NCBI GenBank assembly: GCA_964016885.1
Contig: OZ024741.1
Coordinates: 182,838,001-182,902,000, forward strand
Direction: 5' to 3'
From: Eledone cirrhosa
Taxonomy: Eukaryota
Length of the DNA stretch: 64,000 nucleotides
Made by a program: the position numbers and the translations under genes. Within the stretch, counting starts at the first letter, position 1. Every line of letters begins with the position of its first letter. Under the pieces are notes generated by a model that searched no databases, was not told the origin of the DNA, and was given only the letters and a program-made list of their open reading frames with translations. Below are positions 37,155 to 50,885 of this stretch, in pieces.

Positions 37155-39875
37155 TCATCATCATCATTTTACGTCCGCTCTTCCCTGCTTGCAAGGGTGG
37201 GACGGGTCTTATTCAACACAGCATCTCTCCACTAATCACAGTCCTTCGTCATCTCCACCGTGAGCTTCAGTGATCTGAGGTCTGTTCTCACCACCTCCGC
37301 CCATGTTTTTCATGGTCTACCTCTACCACGTCTTCCTTCAACTGGCATTTCCTGGCACTTCTTCACCCATCGGTCATCCTCCATGCGCATCACATGTCCA
37401 TACCACCTCAGTCTCCTCTCCCGCACACTACATTCTATCCCTCTCAGACACAGTTTCTCTCTCAACACATTCATGCTGGGTCGTTCACGCATATTTACAC
37501 TGCACATCCAACGGGGCATGCTTGCCTCATTTCTCTCCAGCCGTCGCATATCCTCTGCAGTTGCTGCCCATGTCTCACTACCATGCAGCATCGCGCTCCT
37601 TACACAGGCATCATATAACCGGTCTTTCATACACAGGGAGAAACCCTTCTTCATCAGCAGAGGAAGCAGCTCCCTAAACTTCTTCCAACCCGTCCTTATT
37701 CTAGATACTATGGCCTTGGAACACCCCCCTTCCATGCTAATCTGATCTCCTAGGTACCGGAAGCTATCCACCTCTTCTATAGCACCCACCTGCATTTGAA
37801 AAATGTGTCTATCAATGCGACTTCTACTGTCTAATTTCCCTGTACATCTACTGCATACATATTTCTCCCTACCTGTTAGTTTGCCTGCTAACCCGTTACA
37901 TCTCTTGTGTACCCAGGATCTGCATTATGTGCATTTTATAGAATTTATGCCAGTACGTTTTCTGCATATCGAACATGGCCATTTCCCTGACGGAATCAGA
38001 GTTTTGTCCTCTTTTCTACTCATCAACACTTTTGTCTTAGCTAGGTTCACTCTCAGTCCTCTTGCTTCCAACTGCTGTTTCCATAGCCAGAATTTATTCT
38101 CTAGCTCCTCTACTGATTCTGCTATAAGAACCAGATCGTCAGCATAGAGAAGTTCCCATGGACAGCCAGTCTTAAACTCCTCTGTTATGGCTTGGAGGAC
38201 TATAATGAACAAGAGCAGGCTGAGGACCGAACCTTGATGTACTCCTACTTGTATCTGGAATTCCTCACTAAACTCCATTCCTACCCTGACTTTACTGACA
38301 GTACCTCTTTACAAAGTTTGCACTGTCCTCACAAGCCATTCCTCAACACCTAGTTTCCTTAGGGACCACCAGATGACAGATCGGGGTACCCTATCAAAGG
38401 CCTTCTCTAGGTCAACAAAGGCTAAGTATAGTGGCTTATTTTTCTCTAAGAACCTCTCATTGCAATTGTCTCACCAAGAAGAAGGCATCTGTTGTACTCT
38501 TCCCAGGCACAAAACCAAACTGCATCTCATCTAGTTTGACCCTTTCTCTAATTAGTTGTGCTAATACCCTTTCTGCCACTTTCATAACCTGATACATTAG
38601 TTTTATACCCCTATAATTGCTCCTCTCCAGAGCATCCCCTTTACCTTTGTAGCAATTTATGAGAATACTGCTGCACCAGTCTTTGGGTATGACACCACCA
38701 TATATAGCCTGATTGATGATGCGTGCAACCAGTTTAGTGCCTACATCCCCTGATGCCTTCAGCATCTCAGCAACTATTCCCGATGGTCCAGCAGCCTTAC
38801 CATTTTTCATTTCCTTAATCGCCTCTTGGACCCTATATCCGTCAATCTCAATAGCTGATCCCTCTGTCGGATTTACTGAGGGTAATTTCTCTCTCTGCCA
38901 TTCGTTCTCCACATTCATCAGTCTCTCATAATGACATTTCCAAGCCTCCTTTTTCTGATCATTCGTGACACTAGGTACACCGGCATCATTCCGGACACAT
39001 TTATCTCCAACAACATCCTGATTTGCATTGACACACTGCCTTGCAATGTGGAACACCATATGCCTCTGATCTTCCCGTCGCAGAACATTGGCAAACCTCC
39101 TACTCCCAGCCTCCCTGCGTGCTAAGTACACCTGACGTCTAGCTTCTCTCTTAGCGACTGTATATTCTTCCCTACTCCCACCCTTTTTCCAAGCCTTCCA
39201 TGCTAGTCTTTTGTCTCTAATGGCCTTATCTACTGTGCTGTTCCACCACCAGGTCAGTCTCAGTCTGGTTGGAGCTCTGCTCCAGCCACAATTTTCATCA
39301 GTAGCCTGCAGTAAGTTGTCACGTAAGAAATTCCAGTTATTATCTATGTCATACGTCTCTAAATCGTCTTCTTTTTCGTCATACACATCTTGAAGGGCTT
39401 TCCTAAATTTGTATTTTAGTGAAAGGTCTTTTAGCTTCCAGACCTTTCTTCTCCACACCTTCCTGTATGTCTCATTCCATGTCTTGCTTACTGAGGTATC
39501 ACTAACGACTATCCTATGCTGTGGGGTACATTCTTCCTCAGGGTATGCCTTGGTATTAGACTATCTGCCTGTCCCGCTGCCTAACTAGTAAGAAGTCAAT
39601 CTGGCTTATGTGCTCACCAGATTTGTAGGTTATTAGGTGATTGGCAGGTTTCTGGAAGTTTGTGTTGCAAATAGTCAGTGTACTTGCATCACAAAATTCA
39701 AGAAGTCTCACTCCTTCATTTCTTGAGCTGTAACCGTGCCCACCATGTACCCCAGTGTAACCATCCTGGAGCTGTCCAACATGACCATTGAAGTCCCCTG
39801 CTAGCATAACGATGTCTCCGTCCTGTCATTGCGGTTGTTTGTAAAAGCCTCTGTCATTGCGGTTGTATGTAAAAG
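37155..39875 (-). mobile_element. RTE LINE subfamily C, truncated within the AP endonuclease
   Basis: APE motifs LAGDFNGHVG and SQIDFLL, RT motifs, PHD-like finger with a stop, (CAT)n tail. Confidence 0.93.
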
Positions 39876-40589
39876 TTGGATATATCAATAAACAAAAAAG
39901 TTCAAATTGTTTTACAAAACCAGTCTAAGTTACCAATAATTTCAGAATTTAATTGAAACACATAGATGATGCAGTTTAACTGGAAACAGTAAATTAAATA
40001 AATATAAAATGATTAAAATATTTCTAAATAGCTTGATCTTTGATTCAAACTAACCTGGGGCTACGACAAAACAAAAGAACATACGAAAGTACACCTTCAT
40101 AGAAATAGAAACTAGGTTTATCTTACATCTAAAATTATACCAAACAATCAGTATGAACTAGACATAACACCATTCCCAATTCACCAACAGTGGACATGTT
40201 GTGACATGTTAAAACATTAAAAATTCAACTGAAACTGAATTTCTTTTCACAGTCATAATAAATCTACCTTAAATCGAAGTTCTTCTATTAATTATTAACA
40301 ACCTATAATGATTTAGCAAAAATATCTAAAAATGTTGGTTAATTCAAATGTTTAAAGTATCTTTATTAGTGGAAATATTGTGGAGAATTGCAGTAAACTA
40401 AAGTAAAGACTTTAATTTTTTATGTAATGCTGTTTTGTAATTTCTAAGAATGTCTTGCTAATGCAGTTTCATGTGATAGAGGAGATTAAGTTAACCCAGA
40501 TATTCCAAAAGAGGTTTCGGTTTTTTTAATTAAAATTTTTTTTTTTTTTTAAATATATAAAAGTATCTCATGAAACAATTTTTGTTTCA

Positions 40590-41025
40590 TTCATCATCAT
40601 CATCAACGTTTAACGTCCGTGTTCCACGCTTGCATGGGTTTGGACGGGGGTTTTCCCACTTGAGGCAAGAGCGATTGTCTTGCTCGCATAGGACTGTCTG
40701 GCAGGTTTTCAACAGCTGGATGCCCTTCCTAACACCAACCACATTTACAGTGTGGGGCTGGGAGGTTTTTACCGTGTTGCCTACACGGCCACATTACAGC
40801 GTGGACTGTCTGGCGGGTTTTCTACAGCTGGATGCCCTTCCTAACACCAACCACATTTACAGTGTGGGGCTGGGAGGTTTTTACCGTGTTGCCTACACGG
40901 CCACATTACAGCGTGGACTGTGTTTTTTGTTGTGACACCTACACGATCTCATTTGTTTCGGCCTGGATGTTGTGGCACCAACATAACTTTACATTGAAAG
41001 GGGTGGTGTGGATGGGGTGGGGGTG
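40590..41025 (-). mobile_element. RTE-B 3' UTR fragment with internal ~112-bp tandem duplication
   Basis: Matches 27960-28285. GGACTGTCTGGC...CATTACAGCGT occurs twice. Confidence 0.8.
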
Positions 41026-41028
41026 TGT

Positions 41029-41208
41029 TTAACTTTTGATAACAAACTGCCTGAAAGTGCCCTGGTTCTATGATACAAAACTGTTTACTTTAAAGAGTTT
41101 AAACCTTAGTTATTTTACAAATCCCTTAAATTCTTGATTATTTTTTCAAAATTATTAAAAAATTATGTGCAGTGTCTTTCATTAGAAATATGGTAACGAA
41201 AGGTTTAA
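41029..41208. mobile_element. piggyBac-type MITE family 2, degenerate
   Basis: TTAACTTTTGATAACAAA ... ATGGTAACGAAAGGTTTAA. Related to 47417-47600, 49060-49260 and 57505-59468. Confidence 0.6.
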
Positions 41209-42159
41209 ATGGTGGTGAGGTCTACCCATGAAATATAGGTACAGGTTCCATGATTTAGGAAAAATCATATAAGGGCTCCATGACAGAATACATTTAGAAG
41301 CCTTAATCCCATCTTGCTCATAATTCCACAAATTTTAATATTTTTATCTTTTATTTGTTTCAGTCATTGGACTGCAACCATGCTGGGGTGCAGACTTTAG
41401 TCAATTATATCAACAACAACACTTCTTTGTATGGTACTTATTTTATCTATTTCAATGAAATGACTAAGTCTACTTCAGCATTGATACATACACATGAAAG
41501 GTAAGACTTTGAGAGATTATAGAGATGCTAAAGTGAAGTTTCCCCTCTTGTGCTGTACCAAGGAGAGCCTCAGCCAGGGTCCTTACAGACAAGAAACAAC
41601 GGTACAAATTCTTATGGTAAGAGTGGACTAGACAGAAGTGGATTGATACAGTACCTGAAGTAATCAGAGTATGTAACAAAACAATAAATCTTAAACTTGT
41701 CATAATCAACATGATAATAACAGTAATATCGACATATGCACCACATTCAGAACTGGTAGATAAGCAAAAGACCATTTCTATGAAGTCTTCTTACAGACTA
41801 CTTTAATAACAAATGAGAGTGACCGTATCATCTTAGCTGGTGATTTTAATTGACTTGTTAAGCAACGCCATGATGAATACATCAGTGAACTTGGAGGCTA
41901 TAGCTATAATACAAAGAATGCAGAGAGAATTAAAATCTTGCAGCTCTGTGATGAACTGACATTTGCAACACTAAGTTCAAGAAACTGGCTAACCAATTGA
42001 TCACCAAAAATCAAGCAAAGATACAAGTCAGATAGACTTCATGCCCACCAAGAAATGGAATAACTACACGAATCAACACAATGGAAGACTACACAAATCA
42101 ACACAAACTTGTGGTCAATGATGTCAGGATAAGGGCTAGACTGATTCAGAGATACAAAA

Positions 42160-43415
42160 GAATAAGCCACTATACTTAGCCTTTGTTGACCTAGAGAAGG
42201 CCTTTGATAGGGTACCCCGATCTGTCATCTGGTGGTCCCTAAGGAAACTAGGTGTTGAGGAATGGCTTGTGAGGACAGTGCAAACTTTGTACAGAGGTAC
42301 TCTCAGTAAAGTCAGGGTAGGAATGGAGTTTAGTGAGGAATTCCAGATACAAGTAGGAGTACATCAAGGTTCGGCCCTCAGCCCGCTCTTGTTCATTATA
42401 GTCCTCCAAGCCATAACAGAGGAGTTTAAGACTGGCTGTCCATGGGAACTTCTCTATGCTGATGATCTGGTTCTTATAGCAGAATCAGTAGAGGAGCTAG
42501 AGAATAAATTCTGGCTATGGAAACAGCAGTTGGAAGCAAGAGGACTGAGAGTGAATCTAGCTAAGACAAAAGTGTTGATGAGTAGAAAAGAGGACAAAAC
42601 CCCAATTCCATCAGGGAAATGGCCATGTTCGATATGCAGAAAAGGAACTGGCATAAATTCTATAAAATGCACACAATGCAGATCCTGGGTACACAAGAGA
42701 TGTAGCGGGATAGCAAGCAAACTAACAGGTAGGGAGAAATATGTATGCAGTAGATGTACAGGGAAATTAGACAGTAGAAGTCGCATTGATAGACACATTT
42801 TTCAAATGCAGGAGGGCGCTATAGAAGTGGTGGATAGCTTCCGGTACCTAGGAGATCAGATTAGCATGGGAGGAGGGTGTTCCGAGGCCATAGTATCTAG
42901 AATAAGGACAGGTTGGAAGAAGTTTAGGGAGCTGCTTCCTCTGTTGACGAAGAAGGGTTTCTCCCTGCGTACGAAAGGCCGGTTGGATGATGCCTGTGTG
43001 AGGAGCGCGATGCTGTATGGTAGTGAGACATGGGCAGTAACTGCAGAGGACATGCGACGGCTGGAGAGAAATGAGGCAAGCATGCCCCGTTGGATGTGTA
43101 AATGTGCGTGAACGACCCAGCTTAAATGTGTTGAGAGAGAAACTGTGTCTGAGAGGGATAGAATGTAGTGTACGGGAGAGGAGACTGAGGTGGTATGGAC
43201 ATGTGATGCGCATGGAGGATGACCGATGAGTGAAGAAGTGCCAGTTGAAGGAAGACGTGGTAGAGGTAGACCATGAAAAACATGGGCGGAGGTGGTGAGA
43301 ACAGACCTCAGATCATTGAAGCTCACGGTGGAGATGACGAGGGACCGTGACGAGTGGAGAGATGCTGTGCTGAATAAGACCCGTCCCACCCTTGCAAGCA
43401 GGGAAAAGCGGACGT

Positions 43416-43475
<60 letters not shown>

Positions 43476-43489
43476 ATTATAATGATGAT
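42160..43489 (+). mobile_element. RTE LINE subfamily C, 5'-truncated, long (GAT)n tail
   Basis: ORF 42269-43111. Near-identical to the reverse complement of 37155-38440. Confidence 0.93.
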
Positions 43490-44327
43490 GAAAACCATCT
43501 AGTGAAGGAAAGTAGGGAAGTTGAAAGAGCATTTGGTCATGAGTAAGTTCAAAGCAAGAGTAAGTAATATAGGAAGAAAATTAACATAAAAACATAGAGA
43601 ACAACTCAAAATTTTTATCAAACAATCTGCTGGGAACCACAGACCAGATCAAAGGCAGAGCAATGTTGCAGCAAGTCACAAGGAGACATGGTTGATGAAT
43701 CCTAAGAAACAGTACTGGAATGATTGAAAGAAGAGAAGAAGCCAAGAACAATATCAAGTAGCTAGAAGAGAAGCTAGACAGTAGGTATATTTAACGAAGA
43801 GAGAAACTGGAAGAAAGAATTTTGCTAACATTCTGTGATAAAAGCATCAGGAGTGTGAGGTGTTCAGGATTGCAAAACAGTGTGTCAGTAAGAATCAAGG
43901 TGTCATTGATAAAAAGTGTGTGAAATGATTGCAGTACACATGACTTTACTTAACATTTCGAAATAAGAGGCATGGAAACGCTACTGCAAGGTTACTGATG
44001 ATAGAGAATGCGGAAAGAAAAAAAATAGCCAAGGTAAACTCAACAGAAGAACCACCTATTGATGTTAACAGTGATATAATCAAAGGGGCTGTTAAGGATA
44101 TGAAGGCAGGAAAAAAGCTGGATCATCAGGTATAGTCACTGAAATGTTGAAAATATCCAGCAAAGAGAACACATACTAGCCACTGGCATAGTTAATCAGT
44201 TAGTACAGGGAGGTACCTTACCTAATGACAGGTGTAGTAATATCATCATCAACTGCTGCTAGATTAAAGGAGATGCTCTAGAAATAAGCAACTATAGAGG
44301 GATCAAATTGATGGGCCAAGTTATGAA

Positions 44328-44503
44328 AATAATTGTTTCTACTATTGGCACAAGGCCAGCAATTATCCCAGTGCATTACTGGTACTTTATTTTATCGACC
44401 CTGTAAGGATGAAAGGCAAAATTAACCTCGGCAGGATTTGAACTCAGAATGGCAAGGGCCATAACTCTATGCATCAAAGTATGGCATCCGACCCTCTACT
44501 GAT
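44328..44503 (-). mobile_element. tRNA-derived SINE family 2
   Basis: Minus strand GAGTTCAAATCC B-box plus GCCTTTCATCCTTACAGGGTCGATAAAATAAAGTACCAG block. Same family as 58390. Confidence 0.8.
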
Positions 44504-45324
44504 ACGTTATAGCACTACTAATTAAGAAGATAATTTTAGCTTAGATGAGATGCAGTTCAGGTTTGTACTAGGATGCAGTACCACCAACACTCTTTCTAAT
44601 GAGACGAATTCAGAAGTTCTTAGTTAAGGTTAAGCCATTTATACTTGACATTCCTTGACCTGGCAACGGTTTTGACAGGATACTACACTCTAACCTAGCA
44701 GTTGCTAAGAAAACTATACAAATGTGAGAGCTGTACAAGCCATATCCAGAGATGTTGTAAGTAAAGTGAAAGTTAGCATTGAGTTCAACAGGAAATTGTG
44801 TATACAGGTAGGTGTCCAGCAGCACTATAATGTTCATTATAGCTCTCCAGGCCATAAGAGAAGAGTTTAAAACTAACTGCTTGTGGAAACTTCTATAAGC
44901 CAATGATAGTCTTAAAAGCTGAATTTCTGTTGAATATTTAAAAAAGAATTCCCAAACTTGGAACAAAATCTTAGAAGGTTTTAGTTAGTAGGAAAGAAAA
45001 CAAGATTCTATAGTCATCTAAGAAATGCTCAGCTCAATATGTAGAAATGTCACAGGTAGGAATTCTATGTATGAACAAATGATGCAATAAAATGAACAGA
45101 AAAATACTTTGGTGCATATACACAGAAGTAATTAGCAGTGAAGTACCCATGAAATGAATCCCTTCAAATCCCCAGAAGGCTTCCTAGAAATAGTTGACAA
45201 TTCTGTTACCGAAATGGAGATGAGTGTTCAAAAAGCATAGTAGATAGGATAAAGATGGCGTGAAAAGGTTCAGTGAGTTACTACCTCTGCTGTTAACAAA
45301 GGGGTTCTCTCACTCTCTGTATGA

Positions 45325-45730
45325 ACACCGTTTTACGTTCGTTCTTCCACGCTAGTATGGGTTAGACGAGTTGTCCTGTTGTGGGCAGTGTCCGGTCGGC
45401 TGACCTTGGCTTGCTCATACGGGAACTGATTTTGGCTTGATTTCTACAGCTGGATGCCCTTCCTAACACAAACCTCATTTACAGTGAGTGCTGGGTGCTT
45501 TTTTCCGTGGTGCCTACACGTCCACTTTACAGCGTGGACTGGGTGCTTTTTTGCCGTGGCACCTCCACAACCACTTTGCAGTGGAATGATAGAGACCCCA
45601 CTCCTATCATCTCATTTCTAAGCTGAGTAAACTGGAACAAAAGGAAACAACACATCACCAGGTCAGAGAATTGAACTCACAACCTTTTGATTGCAAGCCC
45701 AATGCTCTAACCACTAAGCCATGCGCCTTC
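45325..45730 (-). mobile_element. Full-length tRNA-head SINE with an RTE-A-type tail
   Basis: Head homologous to 32976. 3' end homologous to 63800-63905. Confidence 0.85.
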
Positions 45731-46361
45731 ATTATATACATATGTATATACATATGTATATATATATATGTATTATATTTCATATATATTGGGTTTTTTT
45801 ATATACATATATTTTTTGAAAGAAAATATTGTAACCTGTTTTGCTTAAGTACAACTCAAATTTGTAGTGAATTGTGTTCGTTTGAGTGCCCTATACAAAA
45901 TTGCCATATTTTGCGTTCATTTTAGTGCCCTATTCAAAATTGACATATTTATTCAAATTTGATGTTGTCTAATGTAAATATTAGCTGTTAGGCTAAATCT
46001 GTAATTGGCATGAATTTAAGAGGTATAAAGTTTCTTATATTCTTTTCATTAATTCTTATGATTTCAATCTTTTGTTCATATAATTAATTAAGTAATAATT
46101 AATTATATGTCTGCTTTGGTCTTGTTTATCATTGTAGTATATATACATATAAAGTGGAAGATAAATTATTCGATGCTTGTGTATAAAGTGCCATTGCAGC
46201 GTGGTAGCAAAAAAAGGGGAGACTGAATAAAGAGGATGTGTAAAGATTGGAAAGTATTGAGGCATGCATGCTCCATCCAGAGCTACAATGTTAATGGGAA
46301 TGAACAATGAAGCATCAAATAAAATTATAGCAAAAATATAAATCAGTAAAAGCAAACATAC

Positions 46362-46628
46362 TTCCTTCATTGAGGGGCAATCCTCTTTCCAAGTTAAGGA
46401 CCTTCTTTAAAGCCTGTTCGGCATGTCTCTGTTGGGAAAGGGGTAGACGATAGGTGTCTTTTTCAACCCTGTCCATCTTGACATCGCACAACACACACTC
46501 GATTTCCGTTGTATCTAAGTAATCCAATTTATAAACATCTGGAGGCTGGTCTACATTAAGCCATTGAATCCGGAAGCGTTTTGATGAACGGTAGACAATT
46601 TGCTGGGCCTTGCAGACATAAAAGGTAC
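46362..46628 (-). CDS. Tankyrase-like gene, visible exon 3 (TFYVCKAQQIVYRSSKRFRIQWLN...LERGLPLNEG)
   Basis: ttgtag/gtatgt splice sites, 267 nt, phase 1->1. Globular-looking sequence. Confidence 0.85.
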
Positions 46629-47708
46629 CTACAACACAAAGGAGGAAAAGTAAAGAAATTATATTTATTATTATAGATATTAACAATAAGCATTTGAAGG
46701 CCATTTTCCTTGCTAAAGCAGGGGTTAGCCTTGCAGGTGCATGGTATTCTTCATACTCTCCTGATAGCCAATCTTTTTTGTTGCCTCTTATGATACACAA
46801 GTATACAATGTACCTATTCTAAACCAGATGCACCCGGTATATTATTATACATTTATATATATTATTATACCATTATATGCTGATGATGCAACCGTTTGTT
46901 TCCAAATGAGTGGTCAGTTCCTTAGATAGGAGGAACTACCTACATATCAGGGAAACCCCAAAGTAATTGACCTAATAAATAAAATACTACTCTACTATCA
47001 TACTAAGTACTTTTGCTCTTATTTATCAATAGCAATGGATATTGTGGCAGGCATGGTAGCATGGTTATGAAGTTTCCTTTGCAACCATGTTGTTTCAGGT
47101 TCAATCTCACAGTGTGATACTTTAGACAAGTATCTTCATAAAATGACTTTAAAAAATAGGCACTGTTCATTTATGTGTTGCAGCTTAGCAATTTGATGCA
47201 TGAAGATAAATGGAATAAGTACCTTACTTAAAAATGTACAAGTTGGTACCAAGAAGGGCATCTGACCATAGGAAACTGCCTCAAAATATCTCATCCAACC
47301 CATACAAACATGGAAAAACCAATGTAATGACGACGATGATGTCAGTAATGATATTATACAGTTTCTGTTTAGCGTGTCTCAGACAGTATTATCAAATATA
47401 TATTTCCTTGATTTAATTAAGCTTTTTGATATCATCCATCCCAAACTGCCTCTGGTTCTTTGAAACAGAACCATTCATTTTAAATTAAAATTAAATTAAA
47501 ATCTAAGAATCTTTTGTTAAATTATGTTACAAATATTATCATAAAAACAAAATAATAATTTTAGTAAATCCCTTCAAATTCTTTATTAATTAATTCATTA
47601 GAAATACAGTAATGAAATTGTTAAGAAAATAAACAGCCACCCTTTGGGAAGGCAAATGTCTTTTTTTTTTTTTCCTTATTAATAAATAAACAGAAAAATA
47701 TAGCATAC

Positions 47709-47889
47709 CTTCAGAATTCCTAACAGCAAGAAAGGATCCCTTTTTGAACAATAAAACCTTTTCCTCGGTGGGAATTTTAGGTTTTGGAGCACCTTCTTCA
47801 AGTACAGGCGACTGAAATCGTTGGACTGGTATTCTCTGTCTTTTAAGAGGTGTCCGTGGTTCCATGGTATACACCCTCCTGCGGCCAGG
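47709..47889 (-). CDS. Tankyrase-like gene, visible exon 2 (PGRRRVYTMEPRTPLKRQRIPVQRFQSP...KGSFLAVRNSE)
   Basis: ttattcag/gtatgc splice sites, 181 nt, phase 0->1. Confidence 0.85.
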
Positions 47890-48002
47890 CTGAATAAAAA
47901 AAAAATAAATAAATAAAAATATATATATATATATATAAATATTGATGATGATAATATTATTACAAAAATAATAATAATAGTAAGGATACTGATAATAATA
48001 AT

Positions 48003-48160
48003 TGTTTCTACTTTTGGCACAAGGCCAGCAATTATCCCAGTGTATTACTGGTACTTTATTTTATCGACCCCTTAAGGATGAAAGGCAAAGTTAACCTCGT
48101 GTAACTGTGCTGCAAAGCATGGCGTCCGACCCTCTACCGATACTGCCAATCCACCACCCT
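48003..48160 (-). mobile_element. SINE family 2 with 17-bp TSD
   Basis: ATACTGATAATAATAAT at 47986-48002 and 48218-48234. An older copy of the family follows at about 48235-48440. Confidence 0.8.
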
Positions 48161-48640
48161 TGATATCATCCATCCCAAACTGCCTCTGGTTCTTTGAAAC
48201 AGAACCATTCATTTTCAATACTGATAATAATAATGGTTTCTGATTTAGGCACAAGGACAACAATTTAGGGGGAAGGGAAAGTCGATTACATCAACTCCAG
48301 TGCATTACTGGTGCTTTAAAGATTAAAGGCAAAGATCATCTCAGCGGGATTTTGAACTCAGAATGTAAAGGGCTATAACTCTATGCTGTAAAGCATGTTG
48401 ACTGACACTCAACCAATACTTCCAATCCACTGCCCTGATAACAATAATAATGATTTCTATTATTTACCACAATGGCCCAAGATATTGAGGACAATACACT
48501 GAGTGGGGTTTACATCAATTGCTAGCCTCTTAGATGGGTTGATGCCCAGCGAGACGCAGGCCCATTTAAGCTCTGCTTAAGTATTGACTCAATCTGTAAA
48601 GACCCATCGAACACCTGCTAGCAAAGGAAATGGATGTTAA

Positions 48641-48841
48641 CCCTTTAGCATTTAAACCAGCCGTATTTGGCCATAATTCTCTCACCTCTTTCTGTTCAAA
48701 CTGGCCGCTCATACTTATGCTAAGGTATTGTTCTCAAAATAAATAATATAAAAATCTCAGAGTGATTCGATATTATACGAAATAAAGTGTTTACCATGAA
48801 AATACAATAGTACATATAGAGTAATGTAAATGCTAAAAAGG
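48641..48841. mobile_element. piggyBac-type MITE family 1, complete
   Basis: TTAA-CCCTTTAGCATTTAAA ... TAAATGCTAAAAAGG-TTAA, inserted in a GGATGTTAA(ATG)n retroposon tail. Confidence 0.9.
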
Positions 48842-49626
48842 TTAAATGATGATGATAAGAAAGGTTGACATCAACAAAAACAATACATGTAACAAAGTGC
48901 CCTCTCACAGATTCTTTTCCCCCTGTTTTGAAGAGCATAGAGTAGGCTCATTCAGCCTTGTCAATCTTGCTGTTCACATCCACATTTCACGAAACACTCA
49001 CCATTGCAATGAGTAATATTTAAAATTCTCAATAGATGAAGACACCAAACCATGTGAAACTGCCTCTGGATGTATACTAGAAAACTGTTTATTTTAAAGT
49101 GTTTATATTTATCTAAAAACCTTCCATTATAATTTTAAGTAAGAATCTTTGTGAAGTTATGCTCCAAACACCAGTATAATAATGACAAAGTTCATATTAC
49201 AAAATCCCTCTAAATGTTTGATTATTTTCAAAATTGTTTGAAAACCATTGGTAGTGCCTTTACACTGAGTATTAAACAGTATCAACATGTTATAAACAAC
49301 AATAATCATTAGAACATTAAAAAAAGGCACAAAAATTAGTTACCATCTAATAAAAAAAAAAAGAGAATAGGTGTATGTGTGCACGTCATGTATGCGTGAG
49401 TATACATATATGTATGAATATATATGTGCATACACTCAAACTGTATATATAAAGTATTCAGTACCAATGCACTAAACAATTTGTATATATTTTAGGACTA
49501 TTTAAGTTATGTAGATGGAACAATGTCTCTCTGTCTATCAGTAGGCTTATCAGCCTCAATCTCTTTCTCAATAGAATTATTTAAATAATTGAAATAGTTG
49601 GAGTAGACAAAAGTTTAAAGTTTGGC

Positions 49627-50130
49627 TCACTGGTAAAACGTCTGATCATGAACCACAACATCATTATTTACAATCTCAAGCAAAAATCTGCTGGCCAAAA
49701 TGCCCAAACTGAGATACCAACATTTTATGGCAGACAGACACTGAATGTGGCTGTTTTGAAAACCCATTCAACCCATCAATGACATCAACCATCAACCCAT
49801 CACTGGTAAAACGTCTGATCATGAACCACAACATCATTATTTACAATCTCAAGCAAAAATCTGCTGGCCAAAATGCCCAAACTGAGATACCAACATTTTA
49901 TGGCAGACAGACACTGAATGTGGCTGTTTTGAAAACCCATTCAACCCATCAATGACATCAACCATCAACCCATCACTGGTAAAACGTCTGATCATGAACC
50001 ACAACATCATTATTTACAATCTCAAGCAAAAATCTGCTGGCCAAAATGCCCAAACTGAGATACCAACATTTTATGGCAGACAGACACTGAATGTGGCTGT
50101 TTTGAAAACCCATTCAACCCATCAATGACA
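49627..50130. repeat. 173-bp tandem repeat, about 2.9 identical copies
   Basis: TCACTGGTAAAACGTCTGATC begins at 49627, 49800 and 49973. Confidence 0.95.
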
Positions 50131-50315
50131 AAAACACTTGATAATGAGGGTGGTGATGGTGAATTAAGATGAATGATGGTAATTACAGTGGTGTTTAGGG
50201 TCATTTATCAACCTAGGTAAATTGTAGCATAATGAAATATATATAAAAATGAAACAGGTCCCAGGAGCAAGCCCAGTCTTGTATATTTAAATATATCTGT
50301 TACTATACTCAAAAT

Positions 50316-50490
50316 AATTGTTTCTACTATTGGCACAAGGCCAGCAATTACCCAGTACATTACTGGTACTTTATTTTATCGACCCCGTAAGGATGAAAGC
50401 AAAGTTAACCACGGCGGGATTTGAACTCAGAATGGCAAGCGCCGTAACTCTATGCGTCAAAGCATGGCGTCCGACCCTCTACCGATACTG
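50316..50490 (-). mobile_element. SINE family 2
   Basis: Near-identical to 44328 and 58025 copies. Confidence 0.8.
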
Positions 50491-50665
50491 ATAAGAAAAT
50501 AATATTAAAAAAGCTTAGAGTATGTCTATTTTAAAGCTCATAGATGTGTAATAAACCCCCTCACCCATCCCACCTAACATTTCTTTTATAATTTAATTCT
50601 TCTTTAGTGCCTTCTGTTCCCTATGGAACACTGGCTGACATTGTTTCTATAGCAATTTTGATTAA

Positions 50666-50885
50666 CCCTTTAATGTTCAAACAAGCCAAAACTGGCCAGA
50701 ATTCTCTACCTCTTTCTGTTGAAACTGGCTGTAACTGGTCACTCAAACTGATGTTAAAGTATTGTTCTCAAAATAAATACTTTCAAAATCTCATAGATTC
50801 GATATTATGTGAGATAATTATGCGAGGTAAAGCCTTTACCATGAAAATATAATAGTATATATAGAGTAATGTGGATACTAAAGGG
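50666..50885. mobile_element. piggyBac-type MITE family 1, complete
   Basis: TTAA-CCCTTTAATGTTCAAA ... ATACTAAAGGG-TTAA. Confidence 0.9.

Larger units (their letters stand above)
41760..45312 (+). mobile_element. Old, heavily decayed RTE LINE split by a younger RTE and a SINE
   Basis: Remnants of ILAGDFN, NYRGIKLM, DEMQF and QAIREEFKT in correct order on both sides of 42160-43489. Confidence 0.75.

Noticed and set aside
43292-43546. Poly-Asp, poly-His and poly-Ile ORFs
   Set aside because: Translations of the (GAT)n LINE tail.
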